Source of the DNA: Actinomycetota bacterium
GTDB taxonomy: Bacteria; Actinomycetota; UBA4738
DNA length: 64,000 nt
NCBI GenBank assembly: GCA_050692195.1
Contig: JBOGVA010000080.1
Coordinates: 2,292-66,291 of the forward strand
Reading direction: 5' to 3'
Shown: positions 54,476-64,000 of the stretch, piece by piece
Numbering within the stretch: the first letter of the stretch is position 1
How the letters are laid out: each line of letters starts with the position of its first letter
The notes under the pieces: model-generated
Seen by the model: the letters and a program-made list of their open reading frames with translations, nothing else
What the model was told of the DNA's origin: nothing
Database searches by the model: none
Position numbers and translations under genes: made by a program

Positions 54476-55344
54476 TCCTGGCGCACGGCGTCCCGCCCCC
54501 GCCGCCGTCGGACGCGCTCGCTGCGGGCTGGAACGTGGCTACGGTGCTGCTGGGGGTCCTGGCGATCGGGATGTACACCGCTGCGGCCGGGAAGGCGCGG
54601 CGGCCCGTTCCCCGCGTGAGGATGGCCGCATTCGTCTCCGGTGTTGGGGTCGTCGTGTTCGCGCTGGGTTCGCCGCTCGAAGCCTACGCGGGGGCGCTGC
54701 TGTCCGTGCACATGGTCCAGCACCTCCTGCTGACCCTGCTTGCCGCGCCCCTGATCCTGCTGGGACAACCCGTGTCACTGGCCCGGCGGAGCGGCGCTGG
54801 ACGGCGTGCCATTCCTCGCCTCCTGCGAAGCCCCGTGGGCCACGCCCTGACCCACCCGGTCGTCACCTGGTCGCTGTACGCCCTGGTTCTGTGGGGCACG
54901 CACTTCACCCCCCTCTACGAGGCCGCATTGGAGTCGGAGCTCGTCCACGGCCTGGAGCACGTCGCGTACCTCGGGGCCGCGCTCCTGTTCTGGCTCCCGG
55001 TGATCGGGACGGAGCCGTCCCCCAGGCGTCTCGGTTATCCGGCCCGTCTCCTGTACCTGTTCCTCGCGGGCCCGGTCGGCGCGTTCCTCGGCCTGGCGAT
55101 CAACCAGGCCGGCGCGCCGCTCTACGCGCACTACGTGACGCTCCCGCGGGCCTGGGGCCCGACGGTGCTGGCCGACCAACAGGCGGCCGGGTTGATCATG
55201 TGGATCGCGGGTGGGCTGGGGATGCTCCTGGCGATCCTCCTCGTGGCGGCGGCGTGGGCCCGCAGCGACCGCGCCGCCGCCGGCCGGATGGATGCGCGAC
55301 AGGGCCCTGCGGACGCTACCGTCCCTCCCGGATCATCCCCATGA
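54472..55344 (+). CDS. Cytochrome c oxidase assembly factor CtaG-like membrane protein (Caa3_CtaG family)
   Basis: The GTG at 54472 overlaps the qcrB stop. It has 7-8 TM segments and SVHMVQHLLLTLLAAPL typical of this family. Confidence 0.6.
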   Translation: MILAHGVPPPPPSDALAAGWNVATVLLGVLAIGMYTAAAGKARRPVPRVRMAAFVSGVGVVVFALGSPLEAYAGALLSVHMVQHLLLTLLAAPLILLGQPVSLARRSGAGRRAIPRLLRSPVGHALTHPVVTWSLYALVLWGTHFTPLYEAALESELVHGLEHVAYLGAALLFWLPVIGTEPSPRRLGYPARLLYLFLAGPVGAFLGLAINQAGAPLYAHYVTLPRAWGPTVLADQQAAGLIMWIAGGLGMLLAILLVAAAWARSDRAAAGRMDARQGPADATVPPGSSP

Positions 55345-55693
55345 GGGCGGTCGCGGCGATGAGCCCGCCGAGCACCACCAGCCACACACCGTAGATCAGT
55401 CCCGCGGCGAGCAGCAGCGAGCCCGCGGCCAGGACCACCGGCCACACGCTCGCCTCTGGGAAGGGGCCCACTCGCTCGCCCGCCGCGTCTGCCGGGCGCG
55501 CGCCCGGCCGGTCTTGGGGAGGCGGCTCGCCCCGGGCCCACCGCGCCGCGAACGTCGCGGCCAACAGGAGCGAGGCCCCCATCGCGGCCAGGAAGATGGT
55601 GCCGGCGATCTCGTACGCCACCAACCAGTAGGCGACGGCGATGACTCCGCCGAAGGCAGCCGAAGCGACCAACACCTTCGTGGCCGTCCTCAC
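55316..55693 (-). CDS. ctaF: Cytochrome c oxidase subunit IV (actinobacterial CtaF-like)
   Basis: 125 aa, 4 TM. The GTG at 55691-55693 overlaps the ctaD stop (GTGA). The call rests on position and size. Confidence 0.55.
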   Translation of the reverse strand: MRTATKVLVASAAFGGVIAVAYWLVAYEIAGTIFLAAMGASLLLAATFAARWARGEPPPQDRPGARPADAAGERVGPFPEASVWPVVLAAGSLLLAAGLIYGVWLVVLGGLIAATALMGMIREGR

Positions 55694-57273
55694 CGTCGTT
55701 CCTCCTCCGAACGGCGAAGGTCGAACGCCGGCCGTTCGGAGCGGATCGCTGCAAGGCGCTCGAAGTTGTGGTGCGGCGGAGGCGACGACGTCGCCCACTC
55801 CAGGGAGTTGGCCTCCCACGGGTCGTCCCCGGCCGAGACCCTCCGCCTGAGGGACACGAGGACGTTGAGGATGACCACGGCGACGCCGAGCGCCAGCAAG
55901 AGCGAGCCGCCCGTGGCGAGGAGGTTCGGCCCGCTCCATCCGGCTGCCGCGTCGTAGTCCACGATCCGGCGGGGCATGCCGCGAAGCCCGGCGACGAACA
56001 ACGGCCAGAAGGTCACGTTGAAGCCCACCATCATCAGCCAGAACGACAGCTTCCCCAGCGTCTCGCGCAGAAGGGCGCCGGTGAACTTGGGGAACCAGAA
56101 GTGGAGGGCGGCGAACACCCCGAACACGCTTCCTCCCATGATCGTGTAGTGGAAGTGCGCCACCACGAACTGCGTGTCGTGCACGTGGAAATCGAGAGGC
56201 GGCGAGGCCACCATCACCCCGGTGATCCCCCCGACCAGGAAGTTCAGCATGAAACCCAGGGCGAACAGCATGGGGGTGGGAAAGGTCAGCTGCCCGCGCC
56301 ACATCGTGCCGATCCAGTTGATGAACTTGATCCCCGTGGGCACGGCGATGAGGAACGACATGATGGAGAAGAACGGGTTGGACACCGCGCCCGTGGTGAA
56401 CATGTGGTGAGCCCACACCCCCATGGAGAGCCCGGCGATACCGAGCGTCGCGAGCACCAGCCCCGTGTAGCCGAACAACGGCTTCCGGGAGAACACCGGC
56501 ACCACTTCGCTGATCACCCCGAAGTACGGAAGGATCATCACGTACACCTCGGGATGTCCCAGGAACCAGAACAGGTGCTGGTACAGGATGGGGCTCCCGC
56601 CGAAGGCCGGATCGAAGAAGTGCCCCCCGAGCCGCCGGTCCACGAACAGGAACGAGAACGCCACCGACAGCGGAGGGAAGGCAACCAGGATGATCAGCGC
56701 CGTGACCACGATGGTCCAGGTGAAGAGGGGAACCCGCCACATCGTCATGCCCGGCGCGCGGAGCAGGAACGCGGTGGTGAGGAAGTTGATCGCCCCCATG
56801 ATCCCCGAGGCGCTGGTGAGCAGGAGACCGAACAGCCACAGATCCACCCCCGCGCCTGGGGAGTAGCGGGGCCCCGAGAGCGGCGTGTACGCCGTCCAGC
56901 CGGCCGCCGCGGCGCCGCCGATGGTCGCGAACCCGGAGAGGATGGCCACTCCTCCGGCCAGGAGGAGCCAGTACGAAAGGGCGTTCATCCGGGGGAAGGC
57001 CATGTCCGGGGCCCCGATCTGCAGCGGCAGGAGGTAGTTCCCGAGTCCGATGGCGAACGGCGCGACGAACAGGAAGATCATGATGGTCCCGTGGATCGTG
57101 AAGAGCTGGTTGTAGATCTCCGGAGCGAGCAGCTGCCGGCCGGGCTGGGCCACCTCTGCCCGCATGACGAGGGCCATGAGCCCTCCCAGAAGGAAGAACG
57201 CGGACGCGGTGACCATGTACAGCACACCGATCCGCTTGTGGTCGGTGGTGGTGACCCACGTGACGAGGGTCAT
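55690..57273 (-). CDS. ctaD: Cytochrome c oxidase subunit I
   Basis: The ATG at 57271-57273 overlaps the ctaC stop. Motifs [28 protein letters not shown] and HFHYTIMGG are present. Confidence 0.95.
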   Translation of the reverse strand: MTLVTWVTTTDHKRIGVLYMVTASAFFLLGGLMALVMRAEVAQPGRQLLAPEIYNQLFTIHGTIMIFLFVAPFAIGLGNYLLPLQIGAPDMAFPRMNALSYWLLLAGGVAILSGFATIGGAAAAGWTAYTPLSGPRYSPGAGVDLWLFGLLLTSASGIMGAINFLTTAFLLRAPGMTMWRVPLFTWTIVVTALIILVAFPPLSVAFSFLFVDRRLGGHFFDPAFGGSPILYQHLFWFLGHPEVYVMILPYFGVISEVVPVFSRKPLFGYTGLVLATLGIAGLSMGVWAHHMFTTGAVSNPFFSIMSFLIAVPTGIKFINWIGTMWRGQLTFPTPMLFALGFMLNFLVGGITGVMVASPPLDFHVHDTQFVVAHFHYTIMGGSVFGVFAALHFWFPKFTGALLRETLGKLSFWLMMVGFNVTFWPLFVAGLRGMPRRIVDYDAAAGWSGPNLLATGGSLLLALGVAVVILNVLVSLRRRVSAGDDPWEANSLEWATSSPPPHHNFERLAAIRSERPAFDLRRSEEERR

Positions 57274-57968
57274 CCCCGCGCCTGCTCGAGCCACGCAGCG
57301 AACTCCATTGACGACACGGCCCGAACGGTGAACGTCATCCGGGCGTGGTCGAGTCCACAGAACTCCGCGCACTGCCCTCGGTACACTCCCTCCTCCTCCA
57401 CCAGGAAGTCGAAGCGCTGGACCAACCCCGGCGTGGCATCTCGCTTGAAGAGGAACTGCGGGACGTAGAAGGAATGGATCACGTCCGTGGAGGACAGGAC
57501 GATGCGGACGGGCTGGCCCGCCGGAACGACCATCTGCGGGGGATCGTCGGGCGTCCCGACGACGACGGCTCCGCCCCCGTAGTCGAACCGCCAGGACCAG
57601 TCGAACGCGGTGACGCGGATCGTCGCCGCCGGCTGAGCGCTGGGCCGCTCGACCCTCGATTCGACCCGAAAGGTCACCGCGAACAGCGTCGTCACGATGA
57701 GCACCGGGATCGCCGTGTAGAGGATCTCGATGGAGAGGTTTTCCCGGAACTCGGCCGGGCGGCCCATGTCCCGCCGCCGATACCTGATCACCGACCATAG
57801 GATCAGTCCCGACACGATCGCCCCGACGGCAACGGCGGCGATGGCGAAGATGCGCCAGAGCTCGGCGACGGCCGCTCCCTGCTCGGTAGCACCCTCCGGG
57901 ACTCCGAACGTGGAACAGGAGGTGAGGAAGGCGAGGGCACACAGGGCGACCAGGCTCCGGACGCTCAC
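57270..57968 (-). CDS. ctaC: Cytochrome c oxidase subunit II (no fused cytochrome c domain)
   Basis: 232 aa with a lipoprotein-like signal ending LTSCS, two TM segments and the CuA site HSFYVPQF...[12 protein letters not shown]. Confidence 0.9.
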   Translation of the reverse strand: MSVRSLVALCALAFLTSCSTFGVPEGATEQGAAVAELWRIFAIAAVAVGAIVSGLILWSVIRYRRRDMGRPAEFRENLSIEILYTAIPVLIVTTLFAVTFRVESRVERPSAQPAATIRVTAFDWSWRFDYGGGAVVVGTPDDPPQMVVPAGQPVRIVLSSTDVIHSFYVPQFLFKRDATPGLVQRFDFLVEEEGVYRGQCAEFCGLDHARMTFTVRAVSSMEFAAWLEQARG

Positions 57969-58142
57969 GGTCCCAGTCTTGCCCCCGCCCTCCCGAGCGA
58001 CAACTCGGTATCAGTTGGCGTTCACCGGACCCTCATCGGGCCCCCGTGCGCTACATTTGGGCTGGTCGCTCTTGCTTCTTCAGAGGGCGGTCCTGTAGAA
58101 AGGTTCGATGTCCCAGGTAGGAGGAGGGTCGGCGCGGCACCC

Positions 58143-59201
58143 ATGAGCACCAAGAACAATCGTCAGCGCCCCGAAGGCATCACGGGGCTCCTCGGCCGAG
58201 ATATGGCCGTTGACCTGGGAACAGCCAACACTCTCGTGTACGTCCGGGGGCGGGGGATCGTCCTCAACGAGCCCTCAGTCGTGGCCATCAACACCCTGTC
58301 CAAGCAGATCCTGGCGGTGGGCTCGGAGGCCAAGCGGATGATCGGCCGGACCCCTGCCCACATCCAGGCCATCCGACCCCTCAAGGACGGGGTCATCGCC
58401 GACTTCGACGTCACCGAGAAGATGCTTCGGTACTTCATCCAGAAGGTGCACACCCGGCGGTTCCTGGCCAAGCCGCGGGTCGTCGTGTGCGTGCCCTCGG
58501 GGATCACCGGGGTGGAGCAGCGAGCGGTGGAGGAGGCCACGATCGCCGCCGGGGCCCGGGCGGCGTACATCATCGAGGAGCCCATGGCCGCCGCCATCGG
58601 CGCCAACCTGCCCATCCACGAGCCGACGGGGAACATGGTCGTGGACATCGGCGGTGGCACCACCGAGGTGGCCATCATCTCCCTCGGGGGCATCGTGACC
58701 GCCACGTCCGTGCGCGTGGGGGGAGACGAGCTCGACGAGGCCATCATCCAGTACGTGAAGAAGGAGTACTCCCTGATGCTCGGGGAGCGAACCTCCGAGG
58801 CCATCAAGGTGACCATCGGTTCCGCGTTTCCCACTCCGGACGAGATGCTCGCCGAGATCAAGGGACGTGACCTCGTGAGCGGGCTTCCCAAGACCATCCA
58901 CATCACGGCCGAAGAGGTTCGGAAGGCGATGGAGGAGCCGGTCAACGCGATCATCGACGCGGTCAAGAACACCCTCGACCGCTGCCCGCCCGAGCTCGCT
59001 GCCGACATCATGGACCGCGGCATCGTCCTGACGGGCGGCGGGGCCCTGCTCAGGGGCCTCGACGAACGCCTCAAGCACGAGACCGGGATGCCCATCCACG
59101 TGGCGGAGAGCCCTCTTCACTGCGTGGCCACCGGCTCCGGCAAGTGCCTGGAGGAGTTCGAGGTCCTCAAGCGGGTCCTGATCTCGTCCGGCCGGCGGTA
59201 G
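58143..59201 (+). CDS. mreB: Rod-shape-determining actin homolog MreB
   Basis: 352 aa with [12 protein letters not shown] and [11 protein letters not shown]. Confidence 0.95.
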   Translation: MSTKNNRQRPEGITGLLGRDMAVDLGTANTLVYVRGRGIVLNEPSVVAINTLSKQILAVGSEAKRMIGRTPAHIQAIRPLKDGVIADFDVTEKMLRYFIQKVHTRRFLAKPRVVVCVPSGITGVEQRAVEEATIAAGARAAYIIEEPMAAAIGANLPIHEPTGNMVVDIGGGTTEVAIISLGGIVTATSVRVGGDELDEAIIQYVKKEYSLMLGERTSEAIKVTIGSAFPTPDEMLAEIKGRDLVSGLPKTIHITAEEVRKAMEEPVNAIIDAVKNTLDRCPPELAADIMDRGIVLTGGGALLRGLDERLKHETGMPIHVAESPLHCVATGSGKCLEEFEVLKRVLISSGRR

Positions 59202-59224
59202 CCCTCCGGGCTAGACTCGAAGCC

Positions 59225-60076
59225 ATGGCCACCTACCGACGCGCTCGGAGCACTCGACTGCTCGTCACGGGGCTGGTTCTGGCCAGCCTCGTCACCATCA
59301 CCCTCGATTTCCGCGGTGGGGAGACCGGGCCTCTCGCCGGGCTGGGACGGACGGCCCTGGGCGTGGTGGGCCCCCTCCAGGAAGCCGTTTCGAACGTGTT
59401 CCGGCCGATGACCGACTTCGTTCAAGGCGTGAGCAACATCAGTTCCCTGCGGGCGGAGAACGCTCGCCTGCGCGACCAGGTGCAGGCGTTCTCGCGCCAA
59501 CAGCAGGAGTTCCTGACGCTCCAGCGGGAGGTCAAGGAGCTCAAGGGGATCCTCGGGCTCGCGGAGCGTCTCGAACTCTCAACGATCGGGGCGGAGATCA
59601 TCGGTGAGGGCCCATCGAACTTCGAGTGGTCCTACGTCATCGACCGGGGCGCCGCCGACGGGCTGGTGGCGGACATGCCCGTCATCGGGCCGGAGGGGCT
59701 GGTTGGCCGGGTCGTCCGGGTGTCGGGCTCCTCGTCGGTGGTGTCCCTGATCATCGACCCGGAGTCGGCGGTGAGCGTGCGCCTGGCCTCGAGCGGGGAG
59801 ACCGGGGTGCTGGTGGGACGGCGAGAGCTCGACCTCCGCCTCGACCTGGTGGACCCGGGAACGACCGTCCGGGCGGGCGAACCGGTGGAGACCTCGGGCC
59901 TGGGCGGCGTGTTCCCCGCGGGGATCCCCGTGGGGGTGGTCTCGGTGGCCACCGCCGACGAGTCGAGCCTGGTCAAGCAGGTGTCGGTCCGGCCGAACGT
60001 CGATTTCTCCCGGCTCCGTCTCGTGGCGGTGGTCCGCAACCCGGTGGCCGGGGAAGGCCAATCCGGCGGCTCCTAA
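59225..60076 (+). CDS. mreC: Rod-shape-determining protein MreC
   Basis: The ATG at 59225 lies inside track ORF 59144..60076. It has a TM segment, a coiled coil (LRAENARLRDQVQ) and beta-rich domains (GLVGRVVRV, GIPVGVV). Confidence 0.85.
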   Translation: MATYRRARSTRLLVTGLVLASLVTITLDFRGGETGPLAGLGRTALGVVGPLQEAVSNVFRPMTDFVQGVSNISSLRAENARLRDQVQAFSRQQQEFLTLQREVKELKGILGLAERLELSTIGAEIIGEGPSNFEWSYVIDRGAADGLVADMPVIGPEGLVGRVVRVSGSSSVVSLIIDPESAVSVRLASSGETGVLVGRRELDLRLDLVDPGTTVRAGEPVETSGLGGVFPAGIPVGVVSVATADESSLVKQVSVRPNVDFSRLRLVAVVRNPVAGEGQSGGS

Positions 60077-60099
60077 GAGGGGGTCGGTAGACTCGGGGC

Positions 60100-60606
60100 G
60101 TGCGACGGGCCATCGCGTGGACGGCCGTGATCCTGACCAGCCTGCTCCTCCAATCGACGGTCTTCGCCCAGGTGAAGCTGGCCGGGGCGAAGCCCGAGCT
60201 CATGTACCTGATCACCGTGGTGCTGGCCATGATCGAAGGCCCCTCCTCTGGGGCCATCGGGGGGTTCGCCGCTGGGATGGCCCAGGACTTCCTGCTGAAT
60301 CAACCCAAGGGGATCACCGCCCTCTCCCTGACCCTGGTCGGCTACTCGGTCGGGATGATCAGGCAGTACATCGTCACGCCCAGCCCCTTCCTGCCGGTCC
60401 TGCTGGTGGCCGGGGCGACCGCCGGCGGGATCCTGTTCTACGGGATCGTGGCGTTCTTGCTCGGGCAGCTGGCGGTGGGATTGGGGTTCCTGGTCCGCAC
60501 GGCGGTCCTTTCGGCCCTCTACAATGCGGCGCTGACGCCGATCTTCTACCCCGTGCTGAGACGGGTGGCCGAGGCCTCCAGGGCCAAGAAGGTCTTCCGG
60601 TGGTGA
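60100..60606 (+). CDS. mreD: Rod-shape-determining protein MreD
   Basis: 168 aa, 5 TM. The call rests on its position between mreC and the PBP2 gene. Confidence 0.7.
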   Translation: MRRAIAWTAVILTSLLLQSTVFAQVKLAGAKPELMYLITVVLAMIEGPSSGAIGGFAAGMAQDFLLNQPKGITALSLTLVGYSVGMIRQYIVTPSPFLPVLLVAGATAGGILFYGIVAFLLGQLAVGLGFLVRTAVLSALYNAALTPIFYPVLRRVAEASRAKKVFRW

Positions 60607-60610
60607 TGGG

Positions 60611-62515
60611 ATGACCGACGACAAGGCCGCAGGGCGGATCAAGCTCATCGCGTGGATGGTTGCGTTCATGTTCGCCGCCCTCTCCACCCGGCTGTGGTTC
60701 CTCCAGGTGCTGGCGACGGAGGATTACCGGGACCGCGCCGAAACCAACCGGGTGCGGCTCGTCCCGCAGTCCGCGCCGCGGGGGAGGATCCTGGACCGCA
60801 CCGGAGCCGTCCTCGTCGGCAACCGGGGCAGCATCCAGATCACCGTGGATCCCACCAAGGTCGAGGAGCCCGAGCGGGTCCTGTTCGAGCTCTCCGAGCT
60901 CCTGAACGTGCCCGCCGCGGACCTGGCCAGGGAGATGAACAGCCCTGAGCATCTGCCGTTCGAGCCGATCCCCGTGCTCCAGGATGCCGCCGAGGGGGTG
61001 ATCTACGAGCTCGCCGAGCACCGCAGCGAGTATCCCGGGGTGTCGTGGGAGGTCGAAGGGGTCCGCGAGTATCCGCAGGGCCGTCTCGCGGTCCACACGC
61101 TCGGCTACCTCAACGAGATCAACGAGGAGGAGCTGAAGGACCCGTCCTTCCCCGGGTACCGCCCCGGAGCCCTTGTCGGGCGAGGCGGGGTGGAGCAGCG
61201 GTACGAGCGATACCTTCGAGGGCAGGAGGGGTGGCTCAAGCTCGAGGTCAACGCCCAGGGCAAGGTCCTGGACGAGCTGGGCAGCAAGCCTCCCCGTCCC
61301 GGCCACGACGTCGTGCTGTCGATCGACCGGCGGATCCAACGCCTCGCCGAGTCGAGCTTGGCCGACGGGATCCAGGCCGCCAAGACCATCGTCGATGGTG
61401 AATCCGGCTTCTACCTGAGGGCTCCGGCCGGGTCCGTGGTGGTCATGGACCCCCGGTCCGGACGCATCCTGGCCATGGCTTCCTTCCCCGATTACGACCC
61501 CGAGATCTTCCTCGGCGGGTTGACCAGGAAGGAGTACGCGAGGATGGAGAACCCGGCTCGGAACCAGCCGTTCCTCAACCGGGTGCTTCAGACGTCGTAT
61601 CCGCCGGGCTCCACCTTCAAGCCCTTCGTTGCCGCAGCGGCACTGCGGGCCGGCCACGCTCAGCCGGGCAGCTTCTATCCGTGTCCGCCCGAGTTCACGG
61701 TCCCCGGAGACACGTCCGGAACCGTGTTCCACAACTGGACCTCGGCCAACCTCGGGTACCTCACGCTCGGGGAAGCGCTGGTGGTCTCGTGCGACACGGT
61801 CTTCTATCGGTTCGGGCTGGACTTCTACCGGAACCGCCGGCAAGACGGAGAGGTCTTCCAGAAGGTGCTTCGGCGGTGGGGGTTTGGGCAGCCGAGCGGG
61901 ATCGACATCCCGTTCGAGACCGCCGGGAGGATGCCCGATGCCGAGTGGAAGACGAAGATGCACGAGCTCAATCCCAAGGCTTTCCCGGTCGGGCTGTGGT
62001 ATCCGGGCGACAACATCAACATGTCCATCGGACAGGGTGACCTCTTGGTCTCGCCCATGCAGCTGGCCGTGGCGTATTCGGCCCTTGCGAACGGGGGGAC
62101 CCTGTACCGCCCGCAGATCGCGCTCCGGGTTCAGCGGCCCGACGGGACGATGGTACGAGAGTTCAAGCCCCAAGCGCTCGGCCGCGTGCCGATGAAGCGT
62201 CCCTCGGTCCTGGCCATCCGGGATTCACTCCGAGGCGTCGTCACCAGCGGCACCGCCGCATCCGCCTTCGCCGGCTTCCCGCATGAGGAGATCGCGGTGG
62301 CCGGCAAGACCGGGACGGCCGAGGTCGCCGGCAAGCAGCCCCACTCCTGGTTCGCCGCCGTGGCCCCGGCGGGCAACCCACGCTACGTGGTCGTAGCGAT
62401 CGTGGAGGAGGGTGGGCACGGCTCCCAGGTAGCCGCCCCGATCGTCCGCCAGATCATCGAGGGTCTGTTCGGGCGGGACTCGACGGGCATCCACGTCGGC
62501 GTGGCCCAGGACTAG
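60611..62515 (+). CDS. mrdA: Penicillin-binding protein 2 (elongasome transpeptidase)
   Basis: 634 aa with an N-terminal TM segment and transpeptidase motifs STFKP, SCD-region and KTGTA. Confidence 0.9.
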   Translation: MTDDKAAGRIKLIAWMVAFMFAALSTRLWFLQVLATEDYRDRAETNRVRLVPQSAPRGRILDRTGAVLVGNRGSIQITVDPTKVEEPERVLFELSELLNVPAADLAREMNSPEHLPFEPIPVLQDAAEGVIYELAEHRSEYPGVSWEVEGVREYPQGRLAVHTLGYLNEINEEELKDPSFPGYRPGALVGRGGVEQRYERYLRGQEGWLKLEVNAQGKVLDELGSKPPRPGHDVVLSIDRRIQRLAESSLADGIQAAKTIVDGESGFYLRAPAGSVVVMDPRSGRILAMASFPDYDPEIFLGGLTRKEYARMENPARNQPFLNRVLQTSYPPGSTFKPFVAAAALRAGHAQPGSFYPCPPEFTVPGDTSGTVFHNWTSANLGYLTLGEALVVSCDTVFYRFGLDFYRNRRQDGEVFQKVLRRWGFGQPSGIDIPFETAGRMPDAEWKTKMHELNPKAFPVGLWYPGDNINMSIGQGDLLVSPMQLAVAYSALANGGTLYRPQIALRVQRPDGTMVREFKPQALGRVPMKRPSVLAIRDSLRGVVTSGTAASAFAGFPHEEIAVAGKTGTAEVAGKQPHSWFAAVAPAGNPRYVVVAIVEEGGHGSQVAAPIVRQIIEGLFGRDSTGIHVGVAQD

Positions 62516-62522
62516 GAGAGGG

Positions 62523-63656
62523 ATGGAGCTCACCGCCGGTAGGCTGATCCGGGACGAGCGCGTGATCCGTCACCTCGACCCGGTCCTGATCGTCACGGGA
62601 GTGGCGCTCGCCGTCTACGGGATCTTCATGGTGTATTCGGCCACTCGCCTGGGCCTGGAGGCCCTCGGCGAGGACCCCGGGTTCTTCCTTAAGAGGCAGT
62701 CCGCGTTTCTCCTGCTGGGGATGGTGGCCCTGCTGGTGGCGGCGTCAGTCGACTACCGGCTGGTGAAGGTGTACGCCCCCCTGGCCTGGGCGGGCGCGAT
62801 CTTCGTGCTGCTCCTGGTCCTCACGCCGCTCGGAAGCGAGACGGCCGGCGCCCAGCGATGGATCACCCTGGGCGGCTTCCAGTTCCAACCATCGGAGTTC
62901 GCCAAGCTCGCCGTGACCGCCATGATCTCCGCGTATCTTTCCGAGCTCCGCGGAGACATGGGCATCGAGCAGGTGTGGAGGACAACCGGCCTGGCCGTGC
63001 TCCCGATGCTCCTGGTCTTCGTGCAGCCCGACGTCGGCACCACCATGGTCTTTGCGGCCATCCTCGTCGCCCTCCTGGTGATGGGCGGGGCCAAGGCGAA
63101 GTTCATCGGGGTCCTCGCCCTGGTCGCGGTGATCGCTCTGTTCGGGGCGTTCCGGCTGGGGGTGGTGAAGGACTACCAGATCCAGCGGCTCACGGGGTTC
63201 ATCGACCCCACCGAGGATCCGCTCCGGGCCGGGTACAACCGTCAGCAGGCCGAGATCGCCATCGGTTCCGGAGGGCTGTTCGGGCTGGGGTACCTGCAGG
63301 GCACCCAGACCAACCTGGACTTCGTCCCCGAGCAGCACACGGACTTCGTGTTCACCGTGGTCGGGGAGGAGCTCGGGTTCGTCGGCGGGATGTTCCTGCT
63401 TCTCCTGTTTGGAGTGCTCCTCTGGCGGGCGTTCCGGATCGCCGCCATGGCCACCGACCCGTTCGGACGGTACCTGGCGGTGGGGATCGCCGTCATGATC
63501 GCCTTCCAGCTGTTCGTCAACGTCGGGATGACCCTCGGGATCATGCCCATCACCGGGATCCCCCTGCCCCTGGTCTCCTACGGCGGGAGCGCCCTGGTCA
63601 CCAACCTCACGGCGGTCGGGCTCCTGCTGAACGTCCACATGCGGAGGTTCAAGTAG
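62523..63656 (+). CDS. rodA: SEDS glycosyltransferase RodA
   Basis: 377 aa, 10 TM, with FQPSEFAKL and PLPLVSYGGS typical of FtsW/RodA/SpoVE. Confidence 0.9.
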   Translation: MELTAGRLIRDERVIRHLDPVLIVTGVALAVYGIFMVYSATRLGLEALGEDPGFFLKRQSAFLLLGMVALLVAASVDYRLVKVYAPLAWAGAIFVLLLVLTPLGSETAGAQRWITLGGFQFQPSEFAKLAVTAMISAYLSELRGDMGIEQVWRTTGLAVLPMLLVFVQPDVGTTMVFAAILVALLVMGGAKAKFIGVLALVAVIALFGAFRLGVVKDYQIQRLTGFIDPTEDPLRAGYNRQQAEIAIGSGGLFGLGYLQGTQTNLDFVPEQHTDFVFTVVGEELGFVGGMFLLLLFGVLLWRAFRIAAMATDPFGRYLAVGIAVMIAFQLFVNVGMTLGIMPITGIPLPLVSYGGSALVTNLTAVGLLLNVHMRRFK

Positions 63657-63872
63657 CTGCGGGGGCGCTTGGGCCTGCTATCCTGTGGTTGATGTACCCA
63701 TCCCACGCTCGATCCAGGGCGAAGCCTGCGGTTGCGCTTTTCCGTCTCCCTCGCTTCGACCCCCTCGAGCTCCCCACAGACGTCTCGGACGGGCCTGGAA
63801 CATCCGTGGCCCGCGCCGCTCTGAGCGGCGCCGGAGGCCCGGAAACCCGTCCGCAGAGGAAAGGAACGTCCT

Positions 63873-64000
63873 ATGTCCGAGGAAGCACGGGACCCCGCGG
63901 CGGAGGTCGCCGCGAGCGAGTCCGAGGTCGCGCCGGCCCGCCCCAAGCGGCGCCGCCGGGGCGGCCGCGGTCGAAGCCGGCCATCCGGCCAGGCTGCGAC
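63873..64000 (+). CDS. 5' end of an ORF encoding an acidic then Arg-rich N-terminus (possibly RNase E/G-family); truncated by the window
   Basis: The ATG at 63873 follows the SD agaggaaagg. It reads MSEEARDPAAEVAASESEVAPARPKRRRRGGRGRSRPSGQAA. The guess rests on the disordered Arg-rich N-terminus and on my memory of rne lying downstream of the mre/rodA cluster in Streptomyces. Confidence 0.3.
   Translation, partial: MSEEARDPAAEVAASESEVAPARPKRRRRGGRGRSRPSGQAA

Overview
All calls below were made by eye from the sequence and the ORF track; no database search was run.

This is a high-GC window (about 70% by eye) that looks like an Actinomycetota-type chromosome.

**Left core (1-9.2 kb)**
- An Hcp-like protein with an LQRLAGNSAV N-terminal motif.
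- Saccharopine-dehydrogenase-like and aldehyde dehydrogenases.
- A YihY::Holin-X fusion followed by a DUF3618-like gene.
- A YibE/F protein.
- A znuA-znuC-znuB-zur operon.

**Middle (9208-29997)**
- A genomic island of about 20.7 kb with visibly lower GC, integrated at the 3' end of tRNA-Arg(TCT).
- It is bounded by perfect 46-bp direct repeats. I find no recombinase gene in it.
- Most of the cargo is an unassigned catabolic and transport cluster:
  - a GntR regulator;
  - a CoA-transferase and a thiolase-fold/DUF35 pair;
  - a CN-hydrolase and a cyclic amidohydrolase;
  - a DMT transporter;
  - a signal-less binding-protein homolog and a Rieske oxygenase;
  - an opine/polar-amino-acid-type ABC importer with a racemase, two SDRs and a TRZ/ATZ-like amidohydrolase embedded in it.
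- The island also holds an IS-like fragment and a decayed stretch.
- Next to the tRNA sits a small-ORF/GNAT/DUF4145 cassette beside a phage-type HTH gene.

**Right core (30-64 kb)**
- An MFS transporter, tRNA-Gly(TCC) and tRNA-Pro(TGG).
- A 36-codon acidic ORF coupled to a conserved hypothetical gene.
- A REC/HEAT/GT2 operon.
- tig-clpP-clpX, a soluble HisKA_3-type kinase that looks degenerate, and valS-folC-ndk.
- A rodZ-like gene and a DUF4367-like gene.
- fabD-(lipoyl-like ORF)-fabH-fabG-acpP-fabF.
- ctaE-qcrCAB-ctaG and ctaC-ctaD-ctaF.
- mreBCD-mrdA-rodA, and the start of an Arg-rich protein that may be RNase E.

I saw no CRISPR array, rRNA or intact IS element.

**Best candidates for something undescribed**
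1. The integrase-less tRNA-Arg island and its catabolic cargo.
2. The small-ORF/GNAT/DUF4145 cassette.
3. The REC/HEAT/GT2 operon.
4. The Hcp-like protein at the left edge.
5. The lysine-less lipoyl-like ORF inside the fab operon.
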